This document shows positions 38,001-47,497 of a stretch of DNA of 64,000 bases, one piece after another. The DNA comes from an uncultured Chloroflexia bacterium (GTDB lineage: Bacteria > Chloroflexota > Ktedonobacteria > Ktedonobacterales > JADMIN01): contig CAVQGK010000024.1 in the NCBI GenBank assembly GCA_963712005.1, forward strand, positions 728,600-792,599. Direction: 5' to 3'. The position numbers and the translations under genes are program-made. Position 1 is the stretch's first letter. Each line of letters opens with the position of its first letter. The notes below the pieces were generated by a model. It had not been told where the DNA came from. It worked only from the letters and a program-made list of their open reading frames with translations, and ran no database searches.

Positions 38001-39466
38001 GAGCAGCGGGCGCAATCCTGTTGGTGGCGTGCTACGAGTTAGGCCACCAGCCGCTCAGCCTTGCCTCGCCTCTGGCGGTTCTGCGCCGAGCGGGGTTCAT
38101 GCCGGTTGCGGTCGATACCTCCGTCACCGAGCTATCCGATAACGCCATCGCGGCAGCCCAACTGGTCGCCATCTCCGCGCCGATGCATACCGCGCTACGG
38201 CTTGGCACACACGTCGCCGCGCGTGTTCGTTCGCTCAATCCCACCGCCCACATCTGCTTCTACGGCCTCTACGCCACCCTCAATGCCGAATATCTGCTGC
38301 GTGACGTTGCTGACTCGATCATCGGCGGCGAGTATGAGGAGGCGCTGCTGGCGCTGGCCGAGTCTCTAGAGACTTCCAACGGCAGCGCGCCCGAAGCGAT
38401 TCCTGGTGTGCGCACCCGCGACCACGATGCGTCGCCGGTTTTGCGGCGGCTGGAGTATGTCGCGCCGGAACGTCGTTCGCTGCCCGCGCCGCAGTCCTAT
38501 GCCTATCTGGTGCGCGGCGACGAGATGGTTCCGGCGGGCTATGTCGAGGCGACGCGCGGCTGCCTGCACACCTGCGCCCACTGCCCGATCACACCGGTCT
38601 ACGGCGGACGCTTCTTCGCGATTCCGCGCCCGCTCGTGCTGGAGGATATCCGCGCCCAGGTGCGCGCTGGCGTCGGGCATATCACCTTCGGCGATCCCGA
38701 CTTCCTCAACGGCCCACGTCACTCGCTGGAGATCGTCCGCACGATGCACGCCGAATTTCCACATGTGACCTTCGACGCGACAATCAAAGTCGAGCATATT
38801 CTCGAGCGCCGTGAGGTTTTCCCTGAGCTGGCCGCGCTCGGCTGCGCCTTCGTCGTCTCAGCGGTCGAGTCGCTGAGCGAGGGGGTACTACGCCACCTGA
38901 TGAAGGGCCACAGCCGCGCCGACGTGGCCGAGGCGCTGGATATCCTGGACGACGCGGGCATCCCCATGCGCCCCACCTTCGTCGCCTTCACCCCATGGAC
39001 AACCGCCAGTGACTACCTCGATGTGCTGGACTTCATCGCCGAACACGGGCTGGTGGAGCATGTTGACCCGATCCAGTATGCTATCCGCCTGCTCGTGCCG
39101 CCCAGCTCCGCCCTGCTGGATGACCCCGATGGGCGAGATTGGCTCGGTCCACTGGATGAAGAGGCGCTCAGTTACACCTGGCAGCATCCCGACCCACGTA
39201 TGGATGCATTACAGCGCGAGGTGCAGGCGTTGGTCGAGCGCGCCGCCAACCAGCGCGAACCAATCGCGGTGACGTTCGCCGCCATCCGTCGCCTGGCATC
39301 GGAGCGGCTGGACGCGCGGGAACCAGCACTAGTGGGCGCTGGCATCTCTGACGCCACTGGCACATTGCGACGGTCGCGGCGACCTGTCCCCCACCTGAGC
39401 GAACCGTGGTTCTGCTGAGCGGAACCCACCGCGGACCAGTTCGGTCCCCTCATCCCCAAGCTGTAA
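37997..39466 (+). CDS. B12-binding-domain radical SAM protein with C-U-A-E-P tail (putative selenoprotein; TGA 39416-39418 read as Sec)
   Basis: CX3CX2C motif (RGCLHTCAHC). After ...EPWFC the TGA is followed in frame by GCG GAA CCC (A-E-P) and 13 more sense codons, up to TAA at 39464-39466. The start ATG overlaps the yggX-like stop (ATGA). Confidence 0.7.
39419..39450 (+). promoter_or_regulatory. candidate bacterial SECIS hairpins immediately 3' of the UGA
   Basis: GCGG-aaccca-CCGC (39419-32) and GGACC-aguuc-GGUCC (39433-47). The second loop lies 20-24 nt after the UGA and contains GU. Confidence 0.4.
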
Positions 39467-39569
39467 GCGACGCAGCTATTATCGTCGGTTGCACGTGATG
39501 TCTATTTCACCGTGTGATACGCTGGAATAGCGCAAGTCATGTCGTGCATTCCCACTTGAGAGGCAGCAC

Positions 39570-39800
39570 ATGAGCCATATCATCGAACTTACTGACGAAC
39601 AATATGAAACATTGCGCCAGGTCGCCGCGCGGGACCAGGAGACACCTGAGCAGCTTCTTGAGAGAATGGTCAATGCGCTTACAGTGATCCAGGGCACTGT
39701 TTACTACACCGATGACGACCTTTTACGCGCTCTCGGAGCCGACGACGAGGAGTTGGCTGACTTGGCAAAGCTCGAAACGGCAGCCCATGTCGACGAGTGA
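39570..39800 (+). CDS. putative antitoxin (76 aa, acidic)
   Basis: Small acidic ORF that overlaps the downstream RelE/ParE-like gene by 14 nt. Confidence 0.5.
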   Translation: MSHIIELTDEQYETLRQVAARDQETPEQLLERMVNALTVIQGTVYYTDDDLLRALGADDEELADLAKLETAAHVDE

Positions 39801-40080
39801 GCTACTGCCAGACTTTCACCGCGACTACGGAAAGCTGACCGAGGCGCAGAAGAAAGCCTTCCGTCTGGCCGTAAAGCAATTTGTCATCGATCTGCGACGC
39901 GGCTCGTTTCGTGGTAGTTTGCGTATCAAGCCCATGCAGAATAGTCCCAACATCTTCGAGATGACGTGGGAAGGGGAGGATGGGCGAGCCACCTTCGATT
40001 ACGGCCCAGAACAACGGCCCGGAGAGAAGCCTATCCGTTGGCGGCGTATCGGCGGCCATGAGATATTCGACCGCCCATGA
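39787..40080 (+). CDS. RelE/ParE-superfamily toxin-like protein
   Basis: 97 aa. The pattern FHRDYGKLTEAQKKAF...IFEMTWEGEDGRATFDYG...IRWRRIGGHEIF resembles RelE/ParE. Confidence 0.55.
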   Translation: MSTSELLPDFHRDYGKLTEAQKKAFRLAVKQFVIDLRRGSFRGSLRIKPMQNSPNIFEMTWEGEDGRATFDYGPEQRPGEKPIRWRRIGGHEIFDRP

Positions 40081-40091
40081 TTTCGAGTGGC

Positions 40092-41243
40092 TTAGTGCGT
40101 TAGCCGATAGAGACGTACTGCATTGTCATGGAGAATCGCTCTGGCGGCGGTCTCGGCCTCTGCGACGGTTAGCTCGCCGTATGCCACCGATTCGCCCAGT
40201 GCCTGGCCGAGAATGCGGCGGCCGTCGCGCGCGCTGATCCAGTGAAGCTCGGGAATCCCAACGGCGTCGGAGCTATAGAGCAGCTTCGAGGTGGACGCGA
40301 CACCCAACGCCGCCCGGGTACATGAGAGCATCTCGCCGTAGCTGAGGAATGGAATGCCATAAGACAGGTCAAGGTAGACGTGTTCGTAGACCGCCGCGAG
40401 ATAGCCGCCCTGGCGCGTGTATGGGTAGCATTCGTGTAGCAGCACCACGCGCATGCCGCGATAGGGCCGATGCTCCAGCACGGCGCGCAGATGCAGCGGG
40501 TTCGCCAGCAGCATGTCGGCGTCGGTATCGCCGTAGCCGGTGTGGAACTGGACTGGTAACTCTTGTCGCGCGGCCTCCGTGAATGCCACGTGCAGCAGCG
40601 TATCCAGCAGGGGTTTGTGTTGCAAGCGTAGATGCCCTTGATCGGCCACTTCTTTGCGTGCCTGCGCGAATGATTCCAGCGCCTCGGATGTCTCCCACCA
40701 GCGGATATCCAGCCCGGTGCGATAGGCGACGATACTCTTGAGGCCAACGTAGCCCTGCGCGCGCACATCAGCAAGCGCGGCGCGCAACGCTTCGGTGACA
40801 GCATCCAAGGTATCGTGCTCCGCGATCAACGCCTGCATCAGATTTTCAAGTCGGAGAAACGCACCCACCCGACAGCCCGCGAGCGCCGCGACATCCGCGT
40901 CTGGCATGAGCAGATGAGCCGCTGGATATCCCTGGTCTATGAGCAATGTTTCGACGTTACCAGCATGGAGAAACGTACGGATGAGGTCGTCGGATTGATA
41001 TCGATTGCGCGCGTCCAGGATCGCTGACTCCGTGGCCTCGCAGTCGAAGAACAGCGCCAACTCGCGGATCAGCCGGTGGTAGAAGAGCGTGGAGGGCACA
41101 TGCTCCTGCCAGATGCTTTCGTCCGCGGACTCCGTGAAGTGGCGACGCCAGGCCATGACATCAGACGGTTGCTGTGTCCGATAGAGTCCGTGGCAGTGTT
41201 CGTCTATGACCGGAATATCAGTCAGGTCTAGCGCCTCCGTCAT
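40092..41243 (-). CDS. amidohydrolase-2 type metal-dependent hydrolase (TIM barrel)
   Basis: N-terminal IDEHCHG metal-binding motif, plus VQFHTGYGD and VLLHECYP. ATG at 41243. Confidence 0.7.
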   Translation of the reverse strand: MTEALDLTDIPVIDEHCHGLYRTQQPSDVMAWRRHFTESADESIWQEHVPSTLFYHRLIRELALFFDCEATESAILDARNRYQSDDLIRTFLHAGNVETLLIDQGYPAAHLLMPDADVAALAGCRVGAFLRLENLMQALIAEHDTLDAVTEALRAALADVRAQGYVGLKSIVAYRTGLDIRWWETSEALESFAQARKEVADQGHLRLQHKPLLDTLLHVAFTEAARQELPVQFHTGYGDTDADMLLANPLHLRAVLEHRPYRGMRVVLLHECYPYTRQGGYLAAVYEHVYLDLSYGIPFLSYGEMLSCTRAALGVASTSKLLYSSDAVGIPELHWISARDGRRILGQALGESVAYGELTVAEAETAARAILHDNAVRLYRLTH

Positions 41244-41449
41244 TTCTGTCCCTCTTGCCTGCGTCTCATCGCACTCCATCGGCTTGACAGCCAATTTTGC
41301 CGACGCCGCTCGTAGCGTTCGAAGCTGTAACAGTCGTACACTGTAGTCAATCTGTTCGCAGATGTACCGTCTCTTCGATACATCCAACGGCCATCATACG
41401 TCAGCAGGCAGTAGCCTCGCATGCATCTGTCAAAGCCCGGAGGAAAGCC

Positions 41450-42817
41450 ATGGACAGCGAAACTGTTCTCCAACGCGCCGAAGAGGCGCATCTGCGGCTG
41501 GTGCGCTTCATGTACTGCGATAACGGCGGCATCATTCGCGGCAAAGCCACCCATATCAGCGGGCTGAAAGACCGCATGGCCGAAGGAATCGGCCAGTCGC
41601 TCGCCATGCAGGCATTCGCGGGTATCGACGCGCTGGCGGCGGTTGACGGCATGGGGCCAGTTGGCGAGTTTCGTCTCGTGCCAGACTCAGACACCTTCGT
41701 CGTGCTGCCCTTTGCGCCCAACACCGGTATGATGCTCTGCGACCTTTATTCGCAGCAAGACCGCCAGCCGTGGAGCGCCTGTCCGCGCGCCTTTCTCAAG
41801 CGCATGATCGCGGCGGCGGCAGACCTGGGCATTGCCATACAGGCCGGCGTGGAGCACGAGTTTTACCTGGCGCATCAAGCTGAGGACGGCAGTTACGCTC
41901 CCTATGACCGAAGCCTTTGCTACAGCAGCATTGGTTTCGACTCGTCAGCGCTCATTATCGATGATATCCTGGCGGCGCTGGAACAGGAAGGCGTTGAGGT
42001 CGAGCAGTTCATGCCAGAGCTAGGTCCGGGACAGCAGGAACTCTCGATCCACCATGGCGATGCCCTGCGCGCGGCGGATAACGTGCTGCTCGTGCGCGAG
42101 ACCGTTCGTGGCGTTGCCCAGCGCCACGGTGTGCTGGCCTCGTTCGCCGCAAAGCCGTTTCTCGACCAGGCTGGCAGCGGCGCGCACATCCATTTCAGTC
42201 TGTGGGGACTCCCAGGCACGGCCAATGCGGGGCAAAACCTGTTACATGATCCTCAAGGGCAGGGCCAGATCAGCCAGCTAGGATACTATTTCATCGGGGG
42301 AGTGCTCGACCACCTGCCAGCGCTGCTTGCGCTCACCTGCGCCAGCCCTAATTCGTATCGTCGGCTGCTGCCGCATTTCTGGAGCTCCGCCTATACCGCC
42401 TATGGCTTCGACAATCGGGAGGGCGCAATTCGCATCCCATCGCCCTTCTGGGGACGAGAAGCGGAATCGACCAACTTCGAGCTAAAACCGGCCGATCACA
42501 GCGGCAATCCGTATCTGGCGCTTGGCGCGCTGGTCGCGGTTGGGCTGGATGGCATCCGCCGCCAGTTGCACCCAGGCGATCCCGTAGATGTTGACCCAGC
42601 CAACCTGAGCGACGAAGAACGCCAGCGGCGTCATATCAGCCGATTGCCAACCTCCCTCGATGAGGCGCTGGATGCGCTGGAGCAAGACGCTGTGCTGGGC
42701 GATGCCCTCGGCCAAACTGAGATGACCGCCTACCTCGCTGTCAAGCGCCTGGAATGCCAGCACTTCGCCGACATGCCGCCCGAGCAGGAGGCTCGCCAGC
42801 ATTTCTATAAGTATTAA
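41450..42817 (+). CDS. glutamine synthetase family protein (gamma-glutamyl-amine ligase-like)
   Basis: GS beta-grasp and catalytic motifs (RFMYCDNGGIIRGK, GVEHEFYL, MPELGPGQQELS, GSGAHIHFSLW, NREGAIRIP). ATG at 41450 follows GGAGGA. Confidence 0.8.
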   Translation: MDSETVLQRAEEAHLRLVRFMYCDNGGIIRGKATHISGLKDRMAEGIGQSLAMQAFAGIDALAAVDGMGPVGEFRLVPDSDTFVVLPFAPNTGMMLCDLYSQQDRQPWSACPRAFLKRMIAAAADLGIAIQAGVEHEFYLAHQAEDGSYAPYDRSLCYSSIGFDSSALIIDDILAALEQEGVEVEQFMPELGPGQQELSIHHGDALRAADNVLLVRETVRGVAQRHGVLASFAAKPFLDQAGSGAHIHFSLWGLPGTANAGQNLLHDPQGQGQISQLGYYFIGGVLDHLPALLALTCASPNSYRRLLPHFWSSAYTAYGFDNREGAIRIPSPFWGREAESTNFELKPADHSGNPYLALGALVAVGLDGIRRQLHPGDPVDVDPANLSDEERQRRHISRLPTSLDEALDALEQDAVLGDALGQTEMTAYLAVKRLECQHFADMPPEQEARQHFYKY

Positions 42818-43090
42818 GCAGCGGTGAATTTGCCCACGTCGTCCAGTGATATGAAGTAGGTAACATACGCCAGATCACCCTTTCATATAAGGCTTGCTGC
42901 TGACGCCTGCGCCGCTCCTGCAACGTACTGTTACAGCGCTCGTATTAACATAAAGGAGAGTATGAAAGTATTCGTTCCGGCAGGTGACAGTCAGGCAGGA
43001 CGCTGGTTGTTGCTCGTTGGCTCATAGATGCCTCACTAGCCAACGAACATACCAGCCACGCGACGGTGAGCGCTGGATTGCGAGGCGAGC

Positions 43091-43778
43091 GATGTCGATG
43101 CCGATGACGTTTCTCTCGATGCCAGGGCCGTTTCTTTCGGTGCTGGCGGATCCCAATGTGGCATACCTCCTCTTCATTCTGGGAATCGTCGGGCTTGTCG
43201 GCGAGTTCCACCATCCAGGTACCCTCTTTCCTGGCATTATCGGCGGGATCGCGCTGGTGTTGGCGGTGCTGGGCTTCAGCATGCTGGGCGTCAACTGGTT
43301 TGGCGTGGCGCTCCTTGTCCTCGCCGCCGGCCTCTTCGTCGCCGAGGCGCATTCGCCACAGTTTGGCCTGATCGCGCTGGGCGGTGTCATCGCCTTTGTC
43401 GCAGGATCGCTGCTTCTTTTCACTCCGTTCGCGAGCGCAGCGCCCGAAGCACCTGACAGGTCCATCAGTCCCTGGCTCATTGGCCTCGGCACGCTTGCGG
43501 TGAGTAGCTATATCCTCGTCGTTGTGCGCGCCGTGCTGCGTACCCGTCATCTTCCGAGCAGGAGTGGGACCGAGGCGTTGCTCGGGAAAGAAGGTGTGGC
43601 GACCACCGACCTGGCGCTGCGCGGGACTGTCCGTGTCAACGGCGAAGAGTGGAGCGCCGTCGCGGAGGTCGGGCCGATTCAGGCAGGCGAGACGGTGGAG
43701 GTGCTCGCGGTGGAAGGAATAACGCTCCGCGTGCACCGACCCTATGAATGGAGGCTGCCAGATGATTCACTGCTCTGA
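43091..43778 (+). CDS. NfeD-like membrane protein (TM region plus C-terminal OB fold, no ClpP-like protease domain)
   Basis: LADPNVAYLLFILGIVGLVGEFHHPG, 4-5 TM helices, then VRVNGEEWSAVAE...VEVLAVEGITLRV. Confidence 0.75.
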
Positions 43779-43830
43779 GCGTCACACATATAGCTCGTGA
43801 GTCTCATGTTTTCGTAGAGGAGGCGTCACC

Positions 43831-44799
43831 ATGTCGGCAATAGCTTTTGTGATCGCCGTGCTCGTCATTCTCCTGGGCGTCGTTCTTATTGGGATGGCAA
43901 TTCGCGTCGTGCCGGAGTATCAGCGTCTGGTTGTGCTGCGACTTGGCCGTCTGGTGGGCGTGCGCGGTCCTGGCCTCGTGCTGCTCATTCCGGTCGTCGA
44001 CAAGGGCATTCGCACTGATCTGCGCGAGCGTGTCTTCGACGTCACGCCGCAGGCCTGCATCACCCAGGATAATGCCACGCTGTCCATCGATTTTCTGATT
44101 TACTCCAAGATCGTGGACCCCGCATCGAGCGTCATCAACGTGCAGCAGTATGAAAACGCCTCGCGCGGCATCGCAATTACCACGTTGCGCGCGGTTGTCG
44201 GAGATATGCTGCTCGACTCGGTGCTTTCCCGCCGCGAGGATATCAATGCCACCCTGCGCGGCAAGCTCGACGAAGTTACCGAACGCTGGGGCATCAAGGT
44301 CACGGCCGTGGAGATTCGCGAAATAAGCCCGCCGCACGAGATTCAGGAAGCGATGACCCGGCAGATGTCCGCCGAGCGCAGCCGCCGCGCCATCATCCTC
44401 GAAGCCGATGGCAAGCGCGACGCCGCGGTGCGGGTCGCCGATGGCCAGAAGCAGGCCGCGATTCTCGAAGCCGAGGGCGCGCGCCAGGCGGCCATCCTGC
44501 GCGCCGAAGGGTATTCGCAGGCACTGGCGCAGATATCTTCGGTCGCGGACCATCTCGACAATCAGACGATGAGTCTGCAATACCTGGATGCGCTCAAGGC
44601 ACTCGGCGCTTCGCCCTCCACCAAGCTGGTGGTGCCTGCTGAGTTTACCAACCTGCTCAGGCCGTTCATCGAGCATACAAACACCGCGCAGCACGCTGTC
44701 GATGCCACCGCCGAGGCCAGCTCTGGCAGCGCTGCCAATGCCGCGAATTCTTCCAATGGCGCTACGCCAACAGGCGCCACCGCGCAGAGTCACCCGTGA
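43831..44799 (+). CDS. SPFH/band-7 (stomatin/slipin-like) protein
   Basis: VPEYQRLVVLRLGR...GPGLVLLIPVVD, plus an EA-repeat coiled coil (AEGARQAAILRAEG). Confidence 0.88.
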   Translation: MSAIAFVIAVLVILLGVVLIGMAIRVVPEYQRLVVLRLGRLVGVRGPGLVLLIPVVDKGIRTDLRERVFDVTPQACITQDNATLSIDFLIYSKIVDPASSVINVQQYENASRGIAITTLRAVVGDMLLDSVLSRREDINATLRGKLDEVTERWGIKVTAVEIREISPPHEIQEAMTRQMSAERSRRAIILEADGKRDAAVRVADGQKQAAILEAEGARQAAILRAEGYSQALAQISSVADHLDNQTMSLQYLDALKALGASPSTKLVVPAEFTNLLRPFIEHTNTAQHAVDATAEASSGSAANAANSSNGATPTGATAQSHP

Positions 44800-45154
44800 C
44801 ACTTGTCGCGCTGATGTCGCCATGATGCCTTGAAGGCTGACACGTTGGGTCGGGCAATTGCTTCAGGCTCGACCCAATGTGTTGGTGGCGACTGGCGCGA
44901 ACACCGCACATCCTCGAACGGCTAGCCCATCGCCATTGCGCTCCTCTCGCTCCTTATCCACCTCCACATACCATCACGGCATTTCTGTGCGGTCAGATAT
45001 GCGCTCCCCATGTGTCGCCACATTCACTTTGTGTCGCGAGTCACTTGATTTCGGTTGCCTGAACCCCTATACTCGCTGTCACAGTGCCGTGCTTGCTTAG
45101 AGCCTTGTCAGCATCTTTTCTGGACTTGCACATCATTCCTACCACGCGGCATCT

Positions 45155-46468
45155 GTGTTCCAACGTGGTTTTCGCGTGAACGAGAGTAGTGCGCCGGGCC
45201 TGCCGTCTGGATTAGCGATACACAGGCCGCGGCGAGAGGAGAATGTCTTGAGAAGGCACAAGCATGGTCTCATCCGATCGGTCATACTGTTAGGGTGCTG
45301 TGCGCTCCCGTTATTCGCGTGCAGCATCGGTGCGACAACCTCACCTGGCAGCGCTGCGGTCCCTACCGCGACACCGATCCCCTGCGCAACCGTGGCGACC
45401 GGAAGCGCGCTGGTCTGGGTGCAGGCGAAACAGGTTGTTGGTCGCATTCCCGCCAGCGCCGCGACGGCGACTCTCAGCAACTTTGTCTATCCGTTGGGGA
45501 TTCAAGATGAGAACGCGGTCGGCAATGCGCCGACGCCAACGCTCATCGCCGTGGCGCCCGACGCGCATCACCTCGCCGTAGCGATCACACAGTACGTTCC
45601 CTTTTCGGTCGAGTTCAACCCCTACATTGTCGATACCACGACCCACGCGGTGACCAGGGTTCCGCTTGCGCATCCCATCACGAACGCGCAGTCAGATCAG
45701 CCACAGCGCCTCTTTGCCTGGGCGGATGACCATACGCTGATCGTCTTTGCCGGGGCCAGTTCTCCAGCGCAAAGCTACGACCTGACGACAAATACCCTTA
45801 CCCCGCTTTCAGGCACGGATGGCGCCGTCGAAGGGGTCGTGCGCTGCTCGACGCTCTTCTACATGACGTACACCGGCATCAGTGTTCCTGCCAGCCCGGT
45901 CGTTCCCGAGCTGATTCACCGCGTTGATCTGACCTCGCACACCGCCATTGGCGCACCCATCACCATTGGGACAGTCGGAACCTGGGGAGGCGCTGAGGGC
46001 GAGGTTTTCTACGGCGGCTGGGATGTATCAGCCGATGGCGCCCATATCGCCTATCAATCGCTTGCATCAACCGTTACTGGTGGTGGCAGCGGTATGACCC
46101 AATCATCGCACTGGTACGCCGCCAACGCAGATGGCAGCAGCGCGGTGAGTATCTTGCCGACCCTCACATCGAACGACCCGGCCTACCTCGCGATCTCGCC
46201 CGACGGCGCGCAGGTTGCTGTCACCAGCGCCGATCCAGCTCCCAACGTGGCGTCGGGCCCGATGAACGGCGGAGCCACCCGCTTCTATGACTCGCCGAAC
46301 GGTTTCTCCCGCCCCGCATGGCGTGCGGATAGCCAGGCGTTCTACGCCAGCAAATTGCAGTACATCGATGCGTCAGATACTATTGGCCAATTCCCACTGG
46401 GGGCTGGCGCGCATGCTACCGGCTCTACGGCGATTTCACCTGGCGACATGCCCGTGAGCCTACCGTAA
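45155..46468 (+). CDS. hypothetical lipoprotein, possibly a beta-propeller
   Basis: Signal peptide and lipobox (LLGCCALPLFACS). Repeated ...ISPDG/VSADG... strands are reminiscent of TolB-like propellers. The start is uncertain. Confidence 0.5.
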   Translation: MFQRGFRVNESSAPGLPSGLAIHRPRREENVLRRHKHGLIRSVILLGCCALPLFACSIGATTSPGSAAVPTATPIPCATVATGSALVWVQAKQVVGRIPASAATATLSNFVYPLGIQDENAVGNAPTPTLIAVAPDAHHLAVAITQYVPFSVEFNPYIVDTTTHAVTRVPLAHPITNAQSDQPQRLFAWADDHTLIVFAGASSPAQSYDLTTNTLTPLSGTDGAVEGVVRCSTLFYMTYTGISVPASPVVPELIHRVDLTSHTAIGAPITIGTVGTWGGAEGEVFYGGWDVSADGAHIAYQSLASTVTGGGSGMTQSSHWYAANADGSSAVSILPTLTSNDPAYLAISPDGAQVAVTSADPAPNVASGPMNGGATRFYDSPNGFSRPAWRADSQAFYASKLQYIDASDTIGQFPLGAGAHATGSTAISPGDMPVSLP

Positions 46469-46672
46469 CCTTCGTGATCGACGTTCACGAGACACCGTGT
46501 GCGTGGCCGTTCAGGGATTGCCCTGGGCGGCTGCGCCCGTGAAGCAAATCCAGGATAACTTCCGCGCCACATTCAGACTGTACATGCGAGCGCACGCATG
46601 CGAGTGTTTATCTGACCTACCCTGTGTCGGCTGCATCACCCACATATCACCGAGTTAAAGGGGAGCAAGAGG

Positions 46673-47467
46673 TTGATAACGGCGCTGAAGCACTGGAACG
46701 GTCGCTTCCTTGTATTGTTTGTCGCGCTGCTGCTTACAGCTTGTTCGCCTATTGGTGTCCGGCAGTCTGTCACGCCTCAGCACTCGCTCGCGCAAGATGG
46801 TGGTGTCCGGCTCACCTTGCGCGCGGCGTGTCTTCCCACCGCGCCTACCTGCGATCTGGCCAAACAGCGCGATGCGGCAATTGGCGTTCTTACCCGGAGA
46901 CTTTCGGGGAGGTCCGACGTTCACGATCCAGTTGTGCGTGCCGACGGCTCGACAGACATCATCGTCGAATTGCCCGGCATCACGGGCAGTACGCAGATCG
47001 CGGACATCACATCGCTGCTGACCAGCAGCGGCATGGTCGCGATTCTCGACACAGGATCGGACTTCCTGCCAGTCGGTGCAAACACAGCGGGCAAGACCTG
47101 CGCCAATTCCTGTGCGCCGGGACAATATCATGTCGCATTCACCGGTGACCAGATCGACCACAATCAGGTTGCCGCACAACCTGATAACCAGAGTGGCCAG
47201 TGGGTTGTGCAATTTGCGTTTGCGGGATCAGCCAGGCAACAATTCGCTTCTTATACTGCGTCGCACATCGGCGACTATCTCACCATTACGGTCGATGATG
47301 TCGTCGTAGAATCGGCGACTATACAGATCGAGATTGATGGTAATTGCCAGATTTCCGGTATGACCGAGTCTGACGCGCAACAGTTGGCTGCCAATCTCAA
47401 ATTGGGGGCATTGCCCGCCACGATCACTGTTGTTTCGAGCGACCAGGTAGCACCGAGTGCGGGATAG
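46673..47467 (+). CDS. lipoprotein with a SecD/SecF P1-head-like domain
   Basis: Lipobox LLLTACS. The C-terminus, YLTITVDDVVVESATIQIEIDGNCQISGMTESDAQQLAANLKLGALPATITVV, parallels the SecD P1 head (LDG-V-SAP-I---I-GG-I-G-F---EA--LA--L--GALP). TTG start. Confidence 0.55.
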   Translation: MITALKHWNGRFLVLFVALLLTACSPIGVRQSVTPQHSLAQDGGVRLTLRAACLPTAPTCDLAKQRDAAIGVLTRRLSGRSDVHDPVVRADGSTDIIVELPGITGSTQIADITSLLTSSGMVAILDTGSDFLPVGANTAGKTCANSCAPGQYHVAFTGDQIDHNQVAAQPDNQSGQWVVQFAFAGSARQQFASYTASHIGDYLTITVDDVVVESATIQIEIDGNCQISGMTESDAQQLAANLKLGALPATITVVSSDQVAPSAG

Positions 47468-47497
47468 GTCGCGTTGCACGGGTACAGAGGCCAAAGA

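Noticed and set aside
39416-39418. TGA as the genuine stop of the radical SAM gene
   Set aside because: The frame continues with A-E-P, forming the family-defining C-U-A-E-P motif, and runs 13 more codons to a TAA, with hairpins positioned like a SECIS. I therefore treat it as Sec recoding, though this is unproven without the sel genes.
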